Shown: piece by piece, positions 14,154 to 28,479 of the stretch
How the letters are laid out: every line of letters starts with the position of its first letter
How positions within the stretch are numbered: position 1 is the stretch's first letter
Source of the DNA: Antedon mediterranea
Lineage: Eukaryota > Animalia > Echinodermata
Assembly (NCBI RefSeq): GCF_964355755.1
Contig: NC_092676.1
Location: forward strand, 5,929,888-5,993,887
Reading direction: 5' to 3'
Length of the DNA: 64,000 nt
The notes under the pieces: model-generated
Databases searched by the model: none
Told to the model about the DNA's origin: nothing
What the model saw: only the letters and a program-made list of their open reading frames with translations
Made by a program: the position numbers and the translations under genes

Positions 14154-14347
14154 CTTACTTTTATCGTGCTTTTTAATTATTTTCTGCGCCTTTTTCGTAA
14201 ACAAATGAGTGGAGTATTCCTCTTGGTAATCCCATGCAATGTTTTTGTCATTCTCTCTCAGATCAAATCCATTCCACATCTTGCGCTTACCGGGGAAAAG
14301 ATAGTCACTCTCGTGGGTGTAGAAGTCTTCGGGCCCCGTAATAAATC
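14154..14347 (-). pseudogene. Orphan duplicate of arylsulfatase exon 3
   Basis: 194-nt copy of 31231..31424 with intact AG/GT and an open frame ([15 protein letters not shown]...KHDKSK); about 10 substitutions by eye. No other sulfatase exons nearby. Confidence 0.85.
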
Positions 14348-15827
14348 CTACAAGAAGAACACCAAAACAAGGTTATGTATGTCTACTGTACACCTATGTT
14401 TTCGACTAAGCGAATCTATTCGCACAATCAAAGATTTCTGAGTTCCGATTGGTTGTATATTTGTTTGTATCGCTAACGTAGATTCAAATGAATACGCATG
14501 CGCGTTGACGCTTCGTGGGAATGTTCGATTATTTGAACAAGCACGAATGTTAGTAGAGCAGTTCACGCCATAAAAATAGCCAAGTTGTGCACTTTATTAC
14601 CAAAGAAGCATGAAACTTGCCACAAAGTTTCTTTGATGTATATAGATTCAAAATATCGGGGGGTGCCAAGTGTCCAAAGTCCGGTATGGCGGCCATCTTG
14701 ATTTCAAAATGGCCACCATAAAAACAAAAAGTGTTCATATCTTGGCAACTATAAACAGTAGAGACTTGATTCTGGTGTTAAATTGTTCACAAACCACATA
14801 TTTCTATTTGCTCTATTGAAAGGTTTCGTCCAAAAATGACCGGAAATGACGTTTCTTCCAGTTTGACCTTTGACCTCTTATATGTATATCTCAGTAACTA
14901 CTGATCATTTTCAATCGATTTTGGTGTCATATTGTTCAGAATAGAGACATTTATATTTGTAGTAATAAAAATACAATTTATAACCTTTGACATATATAAT
15001 TATGTGAAAATACTGTATGTGGTTTACACTGGTATAAATGCACCTAATTTTTTTACCGAAATAAATGACACTTCATGCAAAAATGACCAGAAATTATTAT
15101 TCTGAATTTTTTACTTTTGATGTGATAGGATAGGCGTAAAGTATGACAGAGAAACAGCAATCACTGAGCTCATCTATGCGGACTTGTTTGCTTATAAACT
15201 GTGATGTGTCAATCATTAGATAAAAGTTTTGGTCCTCTCTCCTTCATCTTTTCTTTTTTTTAAATGTATTATACCATATGGATAATTTTCTGAAATAAAA
15301 GTTGAATTGAATTGTTAGATGCCATTTGGAAATATTTTTGATGTAAAGTAGCATTCTTTCGTTGGCCTCTTTGATGTTGAGACAAGTTCGGAAAGTTCTC
15401 ATTTTCATGAGTTAAGAGAACACCTTCTTTCAAAGTACTTACTACAAACTTATCCTGTATTTGTGCAGTATACCTACTTTCATTAGTCAAAAACTCAGAT
15501 AATTCTTGTTCATTTTCGTTGCATCTAAAAAAACGTACTCCATTTTTATGGTAATGGGCCTTTGCTGTAAACCTTTCATCGGAATCCTTTTCCTCGATTT
15601 TCTCTAGTCATTGATATTTTAGCAAAATCCAAACCAAATCAATTCGTAAAAGACATCTCAATATAATTATTCAAGTAATCCTCAAATTAGTGACATGGAC
15701 CTACAATATACTGTTCTGTAAAAGACCTTTATAGGCATCCACCTGGGGACTTTCACTTTGAAGGTCTTGGTCTCCTAATCAAACAAGAAACAATGTCTGA
15801 TTTATTCAATCAAAGTAATGGGTCCAG

Positions 15828-16845
15828 ATAAAGACCATCCACAGGAAAAGAATGGGGTGTAAGACCATCCACAGACAAAGAAGGGGGTATAAGACTATCC
15901 ACAGACAAAGAAAGGGTATAAGACCATCTACAGACAAAGAAAGGGGTATAAGACCATCTACAGACAAAGAAAAGGGGGTGTAAGACCATCCACAGACAAA
16001 GAAGGGGGGTGTAAGACCATCCACAGGCAAAGAAGGGGATGTAAGACCATCCACAGACAAAGAAGGAGGTATAAGACCATCTACAGACAAAGAAAGGGGT
16101 GTAAGGCCATCCACAGAAAAACAAGTGGGTGTAGGACCATCCATAGACAAAGAAGAGGGTGTAAGACCATGCACAGACAAAGAAGGGTTTAGGATCATCC
16201 ACAGACAACGAAGGGGGTGTAGGACCGTCCACACACAAAGAAGGGGGTGTAAGACCATCCACTGACAAAGAAAGGGGTATAGTCCCACTTACAGACAAAA
16301 AAGGGGTATAAGACCTTCCACAGACAAAGAAGGGGGTGTAGGACCATCCACGGACAAAGAAGGGGTGTAGGACCATCCACAGACAAAGAAGGGGATGTAA
16401 GACCATCCACATACAAAGAAGGGGGTATAAGACCATCCACAGACAAAGAAGGGGTATAAGACCATCCCCAGACAGAGAAGGGGGTGTAAGACCATCCACA
16501 GACAAAGAAGGGGTGTAAGACCATCCACTAACAAAGAAAGGGGTGTAAGACAATCCACACACAAAAACAGGGGTGTAATACCATCAACAGACAAAGAAAG
16601 GGGTGTACTACCATCAACAGACAAAGAAGGGGGTATAAGACCATCCACAGGCACAGAAGGGGTATAATACCGTCCACAAACAAAGAAAGGGGTGTAAGAC
16701 CATCCACAGACAAAGAAGGGATGTAGGACCATCCACAGAAAAAGCAGGATATGTAAGACCATCCACTGACATAGAAAGGGGTATAGGACCACTTACAGAC
16801 AAAGAAGAAGGGTGTAAGACCATCCACAGGAAAAGAAGGGGGTTG
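15828..16845 (+). repeat. ~29-30 bp minisatellite (AAGACCATCCACAGACAAAGAAGGGGGTGT)n
   Basis: More than 30 head-to-tail degenerate units with no unique spacers. Confidence 0.95.
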
Positions 16846-17244
16846 TCATATTATTTACGTTGTGATTCTCTGTGTTTAGAGAAGGATGCTTTAGACCAGG
16901 TCCGCCTTATATTATTAGCCAATCAAAATCGTATAATTTTTGGAGGGAAATTGTTATCCTCCTCTGAAGCCTAAAATTTGCATGTCCAGTATAAAAGTGG
17001 AATGTAATAGATATTAAGAAGAAGAGAGAATAAGATCAGAGTAGATAAACGGAAAGATGATAAAAAAAATATTAAGGCTTGACTGGTAGTGGTAGAAAGA
17101 TGTATTAATCGAATTACAAGGAATAAAAGTTCTAGTTGAGTTAAATTATACTTTTTGTATGAGTTATCATTCAGTGACAGCTGTGTACGTCGCGTGGAGT
17201 TATATACGCCTGAGAAAGCTCGGAACCAACTAAAATAAATTCAC

Positions 17245-17410
17245 TACAGGGGTGTAATACCATCAACAGACACAGAAGGGGTATAAGACCATCCACAGAC
17301 AAAGAAGGGGGTATAAGACCATCCACAGACAAAGAAAGGGATATAAGACCATCCACAGACAAAGAATGGGGTATAAGACCATCTACAGACAAAGAAGGAG
17401 AAGTAGGACC
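17245..17410 (+). repeat. Second short block of the same ~30 bp minisatellite
   Basis: About five units identical in pattern to 15828..16845. Confidence 0.9.
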
Positions 17411-18039
17411 ATATTAACCGAGGAAGCATACAAAAAGAAGATGCAATCAAAATAGGCCTACCACTTGGAAAACAATAAATTGTAGAATAACTGAGGCTTG
17501 ATTCTTGAAATAGAAATGGTTCTTTGTAAGGTCATTAATAATATATTGATATAAACACGATCATCATACTATTCATTTGACATTCAAATACAGTCTATCT
17601 CGAAAACTGAGTACATACTATAAACTTTTCGAGGTTTTACAGTTTTCCATAACATGTGTGTTATTTCCTCTGTCAAACTATTACAACTTTTAGCGAATCA
17701 GAAGGTGCCAACATCAATGAACTAATGGTACCACCAAGCACAACGTTTACCAATTTTATGTACTATATACAATTTAAGACCATTAATCATTTAATATAAT
17801 TACGCCTATTAGGTCAAAGTTCAAAATTAGGTGCATTTAAGACCAACAAAAAACACATACAGTATATTCACATAATTAAAAATTAATAAATAAATGTCAA
17901 AGGTCATAAATTGTATTTCCGGTCATTTTATGTGAAAATGTTTCATTACTACAAATATAAATGTATTTATTCTGAACAAAATGACACCAAAATCGATTGA
18001 AAATGACCAGTAGTTACAGATACTCGGGTTACAGCAAAA

Positions 18040-18330
18040 GAAGCTGTAATGACGTCATAAGACTGGATGTGACGTCACATACGCGTCAATAACCTAGCTA
18101 CAAAAAAGTTTATACAGCTATACGGTACCATATTTGAGACGTCATATGACTGCATCCGGTTTGAAATTTACGGTTTTACTGGATTGTACGTTTTTACCGA
18201 AACGCCTGCATGGTTTGCAAATGAGTTTATTAACGGCATGTATGCAAATTAGGGTGGGTATTTAATCAACGACCGCCATTTTTCCGGCAAACATCCAATT
18301 GCCTCCACCGTGGTGTTACCGTTATCCCAG
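18040..18330 (+). promoter_or_regulatory. Putative promoter of CUB copy 2
   Basis: Two perfect CRE palindromes TGACGTCA (18050..18057, 18070..18077), octamer ATGCAAAT (18242..18249), GGGTGGG box (18252), TATA-like TATTTAA (18259..18265) and YY1-like CGCCATTTT (18274..18282), all within ~280 bp of the ATG. Motif match only. Confidence 0.45.
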
Positions 18331-21300
18331 ATGATGGGAAATTTGCAGTTACTGTCCGCTGTTATTTTTAGCGTTACGTTCTTCGTGTTTGCATTCGCTA
18401 AGCCTAAGGTTAAACATAATTAAATGACATTGCTTGCTTTAGGCGTGGTTACTTCATACTTACTTAAACTGTATTGTTTATAGTGTATTATGTATGTGCA
18501 ATTAATGACCGTAAGTTTGTATTGTTTGTTTTGTTTATTCTATAGGGCTATGATGTTGAAACCCGTCAAAATGAAGACGGCGTAGTCACCATACCTGCTA
18601 ACTGTGACCGACAACTGGAAAGCGAAACAGGATGCATTACTTCTCCGAACTGGCCTAGAAAATCCGTCGACTTTAACGAATGCCAAATCCGAGTAAAGAT
18701 ACCAGACCCGAACAAACGTATTTTATTAACATTCAATAACTTTACTCTAGAAGGAACCACATCTTGTGACGATGGAAATTACGTTGAGGTAAAGAAAAAT
18801 ACCGCAGATAAACACTTCTGCTGGAAACCGATTATCCATGTTGGCGAGTCGGTTACCTACTCTAGCGTAGGTCTTACTCTTTATACAACCAGATTAGCAA
18901 ATCGGTTACAGAGTCAGTTAACTACCAATCTCTACTGCTATTGCATTGTATACTATCAATATTTAACCTCCAATTATAGCTCTAATTCCCTATTCCCCAC
19001 TACTGATTCTGGTTTTTCAGATTCGTGACACAAAGACCAACCGACAAAATCGTTATTGCGGAACATCTTATCCTTTTACCTGGCTAACCGATTCTAATGA
19101 GTTGTCGGTCACCATGAATGCTCTCAGCAGTAAAGTCTTCAACCGATTCAATGCTACCTACATTACTTTAGAAAAGGCACCATCTAATGGTAAATATTGG
19201 CCCCTTAAATGTAATGAAACCACTATAATCTAAAATGTAATATAAAGATGATTTTATTTTCCGTCAAACGACATGCATGACACTAGCTTTAAGCTCACAA
19301 GGACACGACGGAAGGACGTAACCTCCCAGCGTATTGATGTACTACAATAAGCGGTGTCGGGACGACTAATATACAGGATAGAAATATATATGGCACCGGT
19401 TTATTTAACCAAAATCTTAGGCTCTATAAAATTAATTTATTCCACAGGTTGCAGTATTGTACTTGTAAACGAGATTGGAAGATACAGTAGTTCCACGGAG
19501 GTTCACGTTAAAACTCCGTGGTCATGTGAAGCTGTTATACTAGCACACCCTAATGAACGAGTGTTGGTGTCATTCAAGGACCTTTATATTCCAAATTGTG
19601 ACCACAAAATTGAGGTAGGAGTGTACTTTTGAATTTCAGAAACGACAGCCTTCTAAACAGACCGCTTCATTCACAACCCACAGCATAATCAAGTCAAGTC
19701 AAGTCAAGTATCATTTATTATCATTTGTTTTAGGAAAAACATAGAAATTCTGTTTGCTTTGTTGGCGGAGCACAATATCCAACGGACACAACACGAACTC
19801 AAAAACAAAAACATTACAAAAAAAAGTGTCTACATCATATTTAAGGCTCTAATAGCTCCTGGAAAGAAACTATTTGTAAATCGTGCCTTATTGGCCTTAA
19901 TAGAACGAAATCGCCGACCGCTGCGCATCAACTGGAACATACTAGAGGCCGGATGAAATTGATCATCTTTGATAGCCACTGCCTTTTTCAGAAGACGATC
20001 CGAAAATATGTTCTCCAAAGGCAGTTGTGCAGATCCAATTATACGCGATGCGGTCTTGACTATTCTATTTAGGTCACGCTTTTCATTTTCGGTAGCGCTA
20101 CCGAACCATACCGTTAAAGAATACGTTATTACACTCTCTATAACTGACCTATAGAAGGACGACATTATTTCAGAGTTTATACCAAATATTTAAGTCTACG
20201 TAGGAAGTAGATTCTTCTTTGGGCCTTTCTAATAATGTTACGTGTGTTAATATGCCACTTCAGATCATTTGAAATATAAATACCCAAGAATTTAAATTCT
20301 TCTACAAACTCAACTGATATACCATTAATAAATATTGGATATTTGACATTAAGTGATTTACGGAAGTCTACAACCATTTCTTTAGTCTTAGATACATTCA
20401 AGAACAGATTGTTTTCGTTACACCAGTCTACAACTCGTTTAACTTGGTTGCGATAATTATTTCCGTTATTTTGTAGATGCGAGATCTTCTGACTGGACGA
20501 TCTCAAGCTGTCTGCGGAAAACATGCGTTTGTGTCTTGGACGTCTGATTCAAACCAGGTTGCAATTACATTTGACCGCTCAGATTCACGAACGTCTGTCC
20601 TCTTTGAGTACGAGTTTCTTCTCCGATCCAGAAACGAAAGTATGCACCAACAATATTTTCACCGCTATGGTTCATGAGAACCGTATTGAACTTTCAACAT
20701 CCATTCAACATATCCATATATAATTTTATAATTATTTTTCTTCCAGGTTGCAGCCCATTGGTCGTTGGTCTTCCAGCGGATGGACTCCGCTTAACGTCTC
20801 CACTATTTCCGCGTCCGTATCCTAGCAACCTGGATTGTCAAATCATCCTTCATACGGATTTTAATCAAGTTATCTCTTTAAATTTCTCTGAATTTACACT
20901 CGAACCTGCAACGGAAACAAATAAGATTGACTCTTGTGTGAACGACTACTTACAGGTAAGTATTCTCCGTATAAATAACTCATTTTGATACGGATAGCCA
21001 TATGAATAACCTATTTTGATACGGCTACCCGTATGAATAACCTAGATTTGGGCTTAGCCCTAGCTAATGTACACCATGTCACGGACATCCTTTAATATTT
21101 TTTATATATTGTCTTGATTAGATCCGGGACATTGCTACTGAAAGAATCTCCAGACTCTGCGGCAGCTACCACAACTTTTCTTGGACGTCACACAGCAACG
21201 AGGTTGTCCTTACACTCAGAACCAATCATCTTCTGGATTACATCGGGTATAGCCTAATTGCGAAATCACTATTCAGACTTTCAAATCCAGGTAAGAAACA

Positions 21301-24300
21301 TAATTTCAACAGTGTACACAAAGTAGTCGTAGTCTCCATCCATAATGACGTCAATGACCACATTTGGAATTCAATTTCTTTCAGATTGCGTAACAATTAC
21401 TCAAACTGCAGATAATGGATACGTTCTGACGTCATTAAACTACCCGGATGAATACCCAATGGACGCTTCTTGTACGGTGTTCTTTCAAGAATATCCGAAC
21501 AGATACATCATATTTGACTTTGAAGATTTCGATGTAGAAGATTCCGAGGACTGCACAAATGATTATCTGGAGGTAAGTTACATACTTACTTATTATAGGC
21601 AATTTCATAGGCTTATACCATTTCCTTTTTGTGAAAACATAAATACATAATAATAATAAATTACTTTGTTTATTCCAGTTAACAAGTTCAACATCAGGAC
21701 CACTGTGTGCTAGACTTTGTGGAAAGAAAGAACCATTCTCTGTTACATCCGATTCTAATGAGGTTTCGATAACGTTTAAGACAAACTCCAATTTCCAAAA
21801 ATCTGGTTTCAAAGCTTACTGTTCGATCGTCAACCGCCCGCCAAGAACTTTTGAAAACACTGGTAATTTTGTTATTTGAATTTAGTTCCAAATTTCGTCA
21901 GCTTGTAAAAAAACGCGATTTGCCACCGATTATTATTATTTCAAACTTAGACTAATGTAGATGAATAATTATTTTCTTTACAGAATGCAGCACTATGCTT
22001 CGTGAAAAATCGGGACGAATTCAGCTCCCGACAAATCCCGATTGGCCACCGATTCGAGGTTCGGATTGTCTAATCGTCATTCACGCAGAGCCAGACGAGA
22101 GGATCCGACTAAATTTTATCGACTTCGTAGTCTCGGATTTGGATTCAGACCGGGACTTCGTGGAGGTAATTATGAAAGGCTAGGAAGGAAATCCGACCGT
22201 TGAGGCCTAGTGTTGATGTCTAGGCATATTTTCTACAAACAATTACATAATGTATATTCATATTTGTTATTTATTTACAGCTGTACGACATTTCGTTATC
22301 GGGTAAAACTAACAAGGCTACCTACTCTGGTCATTTGCATCCGTTTTCGTGGACGAGTTTCCGAAATGAGCTGGTGATATACGTACGTGATGAAAACGAA
22401 ATATCCTCTGTATCCTTCATTGCAGATTATGAAATTTTACCAAGATCCGAAGATGGTAATGTACATATTCATACATAATATAATGCTAGAATATCGTATT
22501 ATATGCAATACGTAGAGATTCCATCCGCATCTCTTACATTAAGCTATTATAATGCTTAAATTGTGTTTACTTCAAATAGGTTGTGAACTACTGTTTACGA
22601 ATCCAACTGGTATAATATCTTGGCCATTTGATGGTGAAAGCAAAGCCGAACACTGTACCGTAATTATCCGAACGGATCCCGATAAACGAGTGCTCATAAC
22701 GTTTAAAACCGTCAGAATGGACATGGCTGACTGTTCCCAGCATTCTATGACCGTAAGTAGGCCTACAAACCACACTTGACCTGACACGTATTGAATCATA
22801 CACATTTAGGTGTAACAATAATTGCATTTTCTTCTTAGATTAAAGATACAACGACCAAACGCCAAAGCCAGTATTGCTCGACACTTTGGGAATTCTCTTG
22901 GCTAAGCGATTCTGACGAAGTTGAAATGGAATTCACTCGTCAACTCACTAACTTTGCCCAAGTACAAGCTATGTACGGCGTCATTCCACGAACCAGAATC
23001 GCAGGTAGGCCTAGCTAAATACACCTACACGAAGAAACATGAGTGTATTGAAACAACCTTCAAGATATCCCTAATAACTGTTTGTTTTACCTTCTCCTCT
23101 TAGCTTTCAACCAATTCTTGACTGCTCCCGAAGGCATCATATCCTCTCTTGAACACAATAGAGACGAGATAATTGGGAAGAACTGTACGATCTTCATTCA
23201 GGTTGAACCAGAGAACAGTGTGGTTGTAACTTTGACAGATTTTCTAATTGGTGACGAACAAGCTGAAAACACTGCAACAATAACGTGTACGGGCCAACAA
23301 TTTCTAGAGGTAACATATGACAAAGCTAGCCTATCCGTTTCCAATAACGTTAACCTCGCTCAATGCTATTCTATTAAAATACTATTCTGTCTGTTTGTTT
23401 GTTTCTTTAGATAAAAGATCTTACGACAGGCAGAACGAACGTCTACTGCGGAGAGTTTGATTTATTTACGTGGACGTCGGATTTCAACCTTGTTGCAATT
23501 ACCTTCCATATCACAACTTATCCTACCTACAACGTCTTCAGGGCCGTTTATAGGTCTCTACAGCAGATTGAAGGTACGTTGGATCCCAATAGCTACCAGA
23601 ACTACAGCCGAAAACGATTCATTAATTGAACCCTTTAATACGAAGTTTATCAACTAATTTATTTTGATATATTTCAGGATGTGATAACCGCCTAACCGCA
23701 CCTACCGGTATAATTGAAACTCCACAACCGTACAATCCGAACACAAACTGCCGTAACATCGTGCACTCCGAACCTGGAAACCTAGTCACATTAACCTTCA
23801 CCAATTTCGAAGTGCAGCCTTGCGAAACTGATCACGTGAAATTGATTGATTTAGGAACTCTGCGTACAGAAGTCTACTGTGGATCTTTTGACCTTTTCTC
23901 ATGGACGTCTGACACCAATGAAGTATCCGTCTACTTCGTTAGTGGTCCGAAATATATGCGAAACACTGGATTCAAAACCGAATATCGCCATGTTCAGCGA
24001 CCATTAGTCAATGGTACGTTAAACAACTCGGTAACATAATACTATTTATATTTATTTTATGCTCGGTGCTTCCTGGCATTTTCATTTTCTATTTCTACAG
24101 AATGTTATCTTCGGAAACACGATACAACGGAGCTTGTTACGTTACCAGACTTCACAATAAAAGACGTTCAGAATGCGGAATGTATTATATACGTCTACAA
24201 TACTCCAGACAACAGGATTCAATTTACCGTTGAAGAGTTTGACGAAGTATTCAATTGTTCAGACAGTGGTATTGAAGTAAGCCTATTATTATTATTGCTA

Positions 24301-27300
24301 GGGCCAAAGTCTTGGTTACCACTGAACGCAACACATGAATGTAACCTTGTACGACGCGATGGATCATGTAGTTGCGTAACCCCACTAGTACTGCAATAAT
24401 ACTCTACAACTTGTATAATTTAATATCTCTCTTTCTACAGCTAACTGACGTAGCGACCGAAAGGACCAACACTTACTGTACCATTTCTCACTCCTTTTCA
24501 TGGACAGCAGATACAAATGAAATAAAAATCCGTGTATTCGCCAAAAAAGACAAATTACCTCGCATGATTGCCAAATGGAAATCTGTCGCAAGAATCGGAG
24601 AACCAGGTAGGCATAACTGGTTCTAGAAAACATTTAATGGAACTCAAAAGGGTGCAAAATCGGTAATCTTTCCATTTTCTTTTCTAATTTTTATTTTATT
24701 TATTTTTTAGTTATTTCTCTTGAGGATTCTGGACACATTAAGCTCACATCGACATTCCCAACCTACCAATATCTTATTCATGTTGAACCAAATTACCGAT
24801 TGATTATCAACTATTTGCACGAACACGATGCCATACAGCATTGTAACATAGACAGCATCAAGGTAATATAGTTATTTCAACACTTTACTACGTCGCATGA
24901 AACTGATCTCTTCTGTGATACTGTGTGTGTGCTTTCAAATGAGATCGCTCTTTTTTTTATCCACAGATCACCGATTCAACCACACTCCGTTTCTTCCAAG
25001 ACTGCACGTTCTTTGATGGCATCATGTCATGGGTTTCAGACAGTAACGAGGTCATCATTGACGCCAAACAAATTGCTGGACATGACACGGTCTTATACTA
25101 CACTCGAGTTCTGAAAGCACCCCCTTCTGGTAAGCATTTTTTTTTACTGAATATATGCTTAGGAACTCTTGCTACTACCGTAACAATTTGATTTCTTACA
25201 TTTTTTTTGTTTACCCAGAATGCAACAAGGTCATCACATCCGATACGAACTTGGAAACAAATTCTGGATTGGAAACTGCGAACTATCCAGGAATGTATCC
25301 CAATGAACTTGTATGCGATATGATTATGCAGACGACGTCCGATAACCGTATTCAGGTTGTTTTCAAGGAATTCTGGTTGGAGATACCAAACCATATGGGA
25401 TGTCACAACGACTATTTAAATGCAAGTACAAATTGTTTTAATCGGTACAGGTTCAGTAATTTCCTAAATTTATGGTCGAAATGATATTATTTCTTAAATT
25501 TCTTATAATTTCTCATTCCATTTTAGGTTTCGGACACGTCTGTTGGATTTCATTACGATCATTCTGAACGAATCTGTGGCCGCCTTGAACCTATTTCTTG
25601 GACGTCGGAAGGCAACTCCTTGCTCCTACGACTTCAGACAGACAAAACAATCGCTCGCACTGGCTACATTGCAACATACACAATCTTGAAACGACCACAA
25701 CCAGCTCCATGTACGTAAACATTACTCTTTGCAATATTCTTTCTTTTGAAATCTATATATTGTACTGTTATTTAGTTATTTTCTCTTTCAGATTGTAATA
25801 AAACATACCTAGGCCCAAATGGAGTTATTTCATCGCCGAATTTTGCTGTAGGGTTACCTCAGTATTCCAACGACTTGCTCTGTTATTACTTTATAAAAGG
25901 CAATGTTTTGGAACGAATACTGGTACACTTTGTTATATTTGATGTTGAACTACAAACGCCTTGCCAACCAGATTACGTACAGGTAAATATCGATTTTTTA
26001 TCCGCCTGAACTGATATTAGGCCTAGCGCCCGAGCAGATTATAATACTTTGCTTCTTTTTAGATCGAAGATGTGGCAACGAGAAAAACCAATATCATATG
26101 TGGTGAACACCCTAATTACATATGGGAATCGGAAAGCAACGAAGTCAACATAACGTTTATTACAGACGGCAGCCGTACGTTCCGTGGATTTAACGCAACG
26201 TATAAAATGGAGCACAAGCATGGCATATCATGTAAGCTTTTAACGTCTTCGTCACTTCGTTGCCAAAATGGTGTTTGGAAAACGCCGCCGTACTTTAATC
26301 GTGGCTATAGTAATACTTTTATGTTGCATAACGGTGATTTTCTATATTTCAGATTGTGATGATGAAACTCTTACGGACACCACCGGAACATTCCACTCAC
26401 CAGACTTTCCCGCCAAATACCCAAATGACTTGGACTGTGTTTACACGATAATCGCCGATCCGGGCCATTTCATTGAAGTGATATTCGAATTCTTTCAACT
26501 GGAAACCAGTCCACACTGTACAAATGACTACGTTTCGCTCTCCAATGTTGGCGAAGGAACCAGTCAGCGTTACTGCGACAAACATAACCTTCTGAAGTGG
26601 AACTCTACGACCAACAGTGCAACTGTTACGCTGCATTCTGATCACGTGATAACGGACAACGGTTTTAAAGCTACATACAAGATCCATCAAGTTTTCCAAC
26701 CTGGTAATTTCACTCCTTTTACTTCTGATTTTTTTAACCACAGTATACATTATTCTTATGAATGAATAAGCTTTTATGTTATATATTTATGTTTTACAGA
26801 AACCTGTTCACCTATACATCTAACAACTTCTAGCGGCATGTTCCAAAGTCCAAATTACCCATCAAACTATGAAAATAATTTGGAATGTACATACAGAATA
26901 ACAGTGAATCCATCCAGAGTTATACGAATTGAATTTATCGAATTTGAGATTGAAGAGCCACAATCCGGATTTTGTGCAGATTACCTGCAGGTAAATACAT
27001 CACACACTTAGTCTATAAAATAATGAACATAGGCCTGACTCGACTCTTCAACTCGGCAAAGTCGGCCGTAAATGGTTGACCATCTTTAGGCCCCATCGTC
27101 CATGGTCCCGATTATCTGTACCTTACCAATAACCTTCAACTAATTTTTAGATACCCTACGCAACTCAAAATCTGAAGCTATGCGGAAATTTGGAAAAGAA
27201 TGTCTACATCACGGACAGCAATGATGTTCTGCTTACACTAATAACGGACGGTAGTAACACACTCAAAGGATTCAAGGCAATGTACACATCTGTGACAATG

Positions 27301-28187
27301 AGTGACACCCCAGTCACAGGTAAACAATTCCTTCTTTCATCATATTTTCAGTCCGATTCGGACCATACTAGTCATCTTGTCTTCATACTGATTCCGTCCA
27401 CTTCGAACCACATACCATGCATCGGCTGAGATCAACCACATGCCCTACATTTCACTTACACTTTCCTAAACAATCTTAAGCCTACATTGTAATACGGGTA
27501 TTTTTATTTCTAGTTGCGCCAACACAGTTACCGTTCTGTAATGTGGAGGCTAGCCGATTGACGGGCAGCTACGGCATCATACACAGCTTAAACTTCCCAG
27601 CCTACTACCCAAATAATGTAAAATGCAGAACTATCATCGAGACCAAGAAAAACACCCGTATTATCATTACAATTCGGTTTATGGATATCGAGAACTACAA
27701 ACTTTGTGATTGGGATTACTTACAGGTAAGCCAACGTAATTTTTTTCTAGATTCTAGGCCTACTGCCTACCGTTACCGTGCAGGATTGATGCGTTGTTTC
27801 TTTCAGTTTTGCCAAACAGAAAGATGTCAATGTGGCTGATCACCGGGCAGGTTACTAATCTACAACCCTTGTTCTGCTAGCAATTACTTGTCTGTATATT
27901 TATTTGATCTATTTTTTTCCTAGATATTCGATGACGTTTCTGGTCGTAGCACGGAGAAGCTTTGTGGTTCACTCGATGCTCCTTTCGTCTGGGAATCCGA
28001 CAGCAATCTGATGACGTTGATATTCAAGAGTGATGACATTCTGGCCAGAACTGGCTATTACGGCACCTACCAGTCGGTAGAAATCGTGGCACCTACTCCG
28101 TTTAAAAAGCCAGGCGTAACAAAACCTAAAAACCGACCACCAGCACCGTATGGTGGTAATCAAAATAATTATGATTTCTTAGGGTAA
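18331..28187 (+). CDS. Secreted multi-CUB-domain protein, copy 2 (tandem paralog)
   Basis: Same exon chain as copy 1 at offset +18263 (5' end), changing to about +18210..+18226 after intronic indels. ATG at 18331. Last exon ends ...KKPGVTKPKNRPPAPYGGNQNNYDFLG-TAA (28185..28187), followed by the same 3' flank as copy 1. Confidence 0.85.
19689..20453 (-). mobile_element. Duplicate of the Rex1/Babar-like LINE fragment in CUB copy 2
   Basis: Near-identical to 1427..2190. Confidence 0.8.
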
Positions 28188-28479
28188 GTTGTTGTAGTAC
28201 ACCACTGATTGTTGAGGCAAATAATAAAAAAATAATTTGATGAATTGAATAATTTGGTGTTTGGTTTGGTTTTTTTTTTTAATGGTTGGTTGGATTCCTA
28301 ATTGGACGAAACGCAAGTTTTGACCAATCGCAACAATTCCAGTTATTGTGGCATGCTTGGTTCGAAGTTAATTGAGAAACTCCCTGTCGGAACTGCCCTT
28401 CACTGGCAAATACTACCTTAAACCTTATTGGGCCTACAATAAATACCAACATAATACAAGTACAGTACTATAAAAGAAA

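Larger units (their letters stand above)
1..14530 (+). repeat. Segmental tandem duplication, copy 1 (homologous to ~18264..31585)
   Basis: 1..~10075 matches 18264..~28325; ~11160..11515 matches ~30410..30825; ~14095..14530 matches ~31175..31585. Left boundary lies outside the window. Confidence 0.9.
14551..18022. mobile_element. Academ-like non-autonomous DNA transposon remnant with truncated right arm
   Basis: Begins TAG. ~14890..15050 is inverted at ~17830..18022. Shares subterminal motifs (ATGGCGGCCAT, TTTTGGTGTC, TGACCTTTGA) with the Academ element at 46381. Weak minus-strand relic FTAKAHYHKN near 15545..15575. Confidence 0.5.

Noticed and set aside
15806-16827. Long overlapping minus-strand ORFs (up to 250 aa) and a CRISPR-like look
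   Set aside because: Open in all three frames because the ~30-bp unit lacks stops; units vary between 29 and 31 bp; no unique spacers and no cas genes.
68-28187. Calling the CUB genes cubilin (CUBN) or one merged 30-CUB gene
   Set aside because: No EGF repeats or coiled-coil N-terminus; each copy has its own signal-peptide exon and stop codon.
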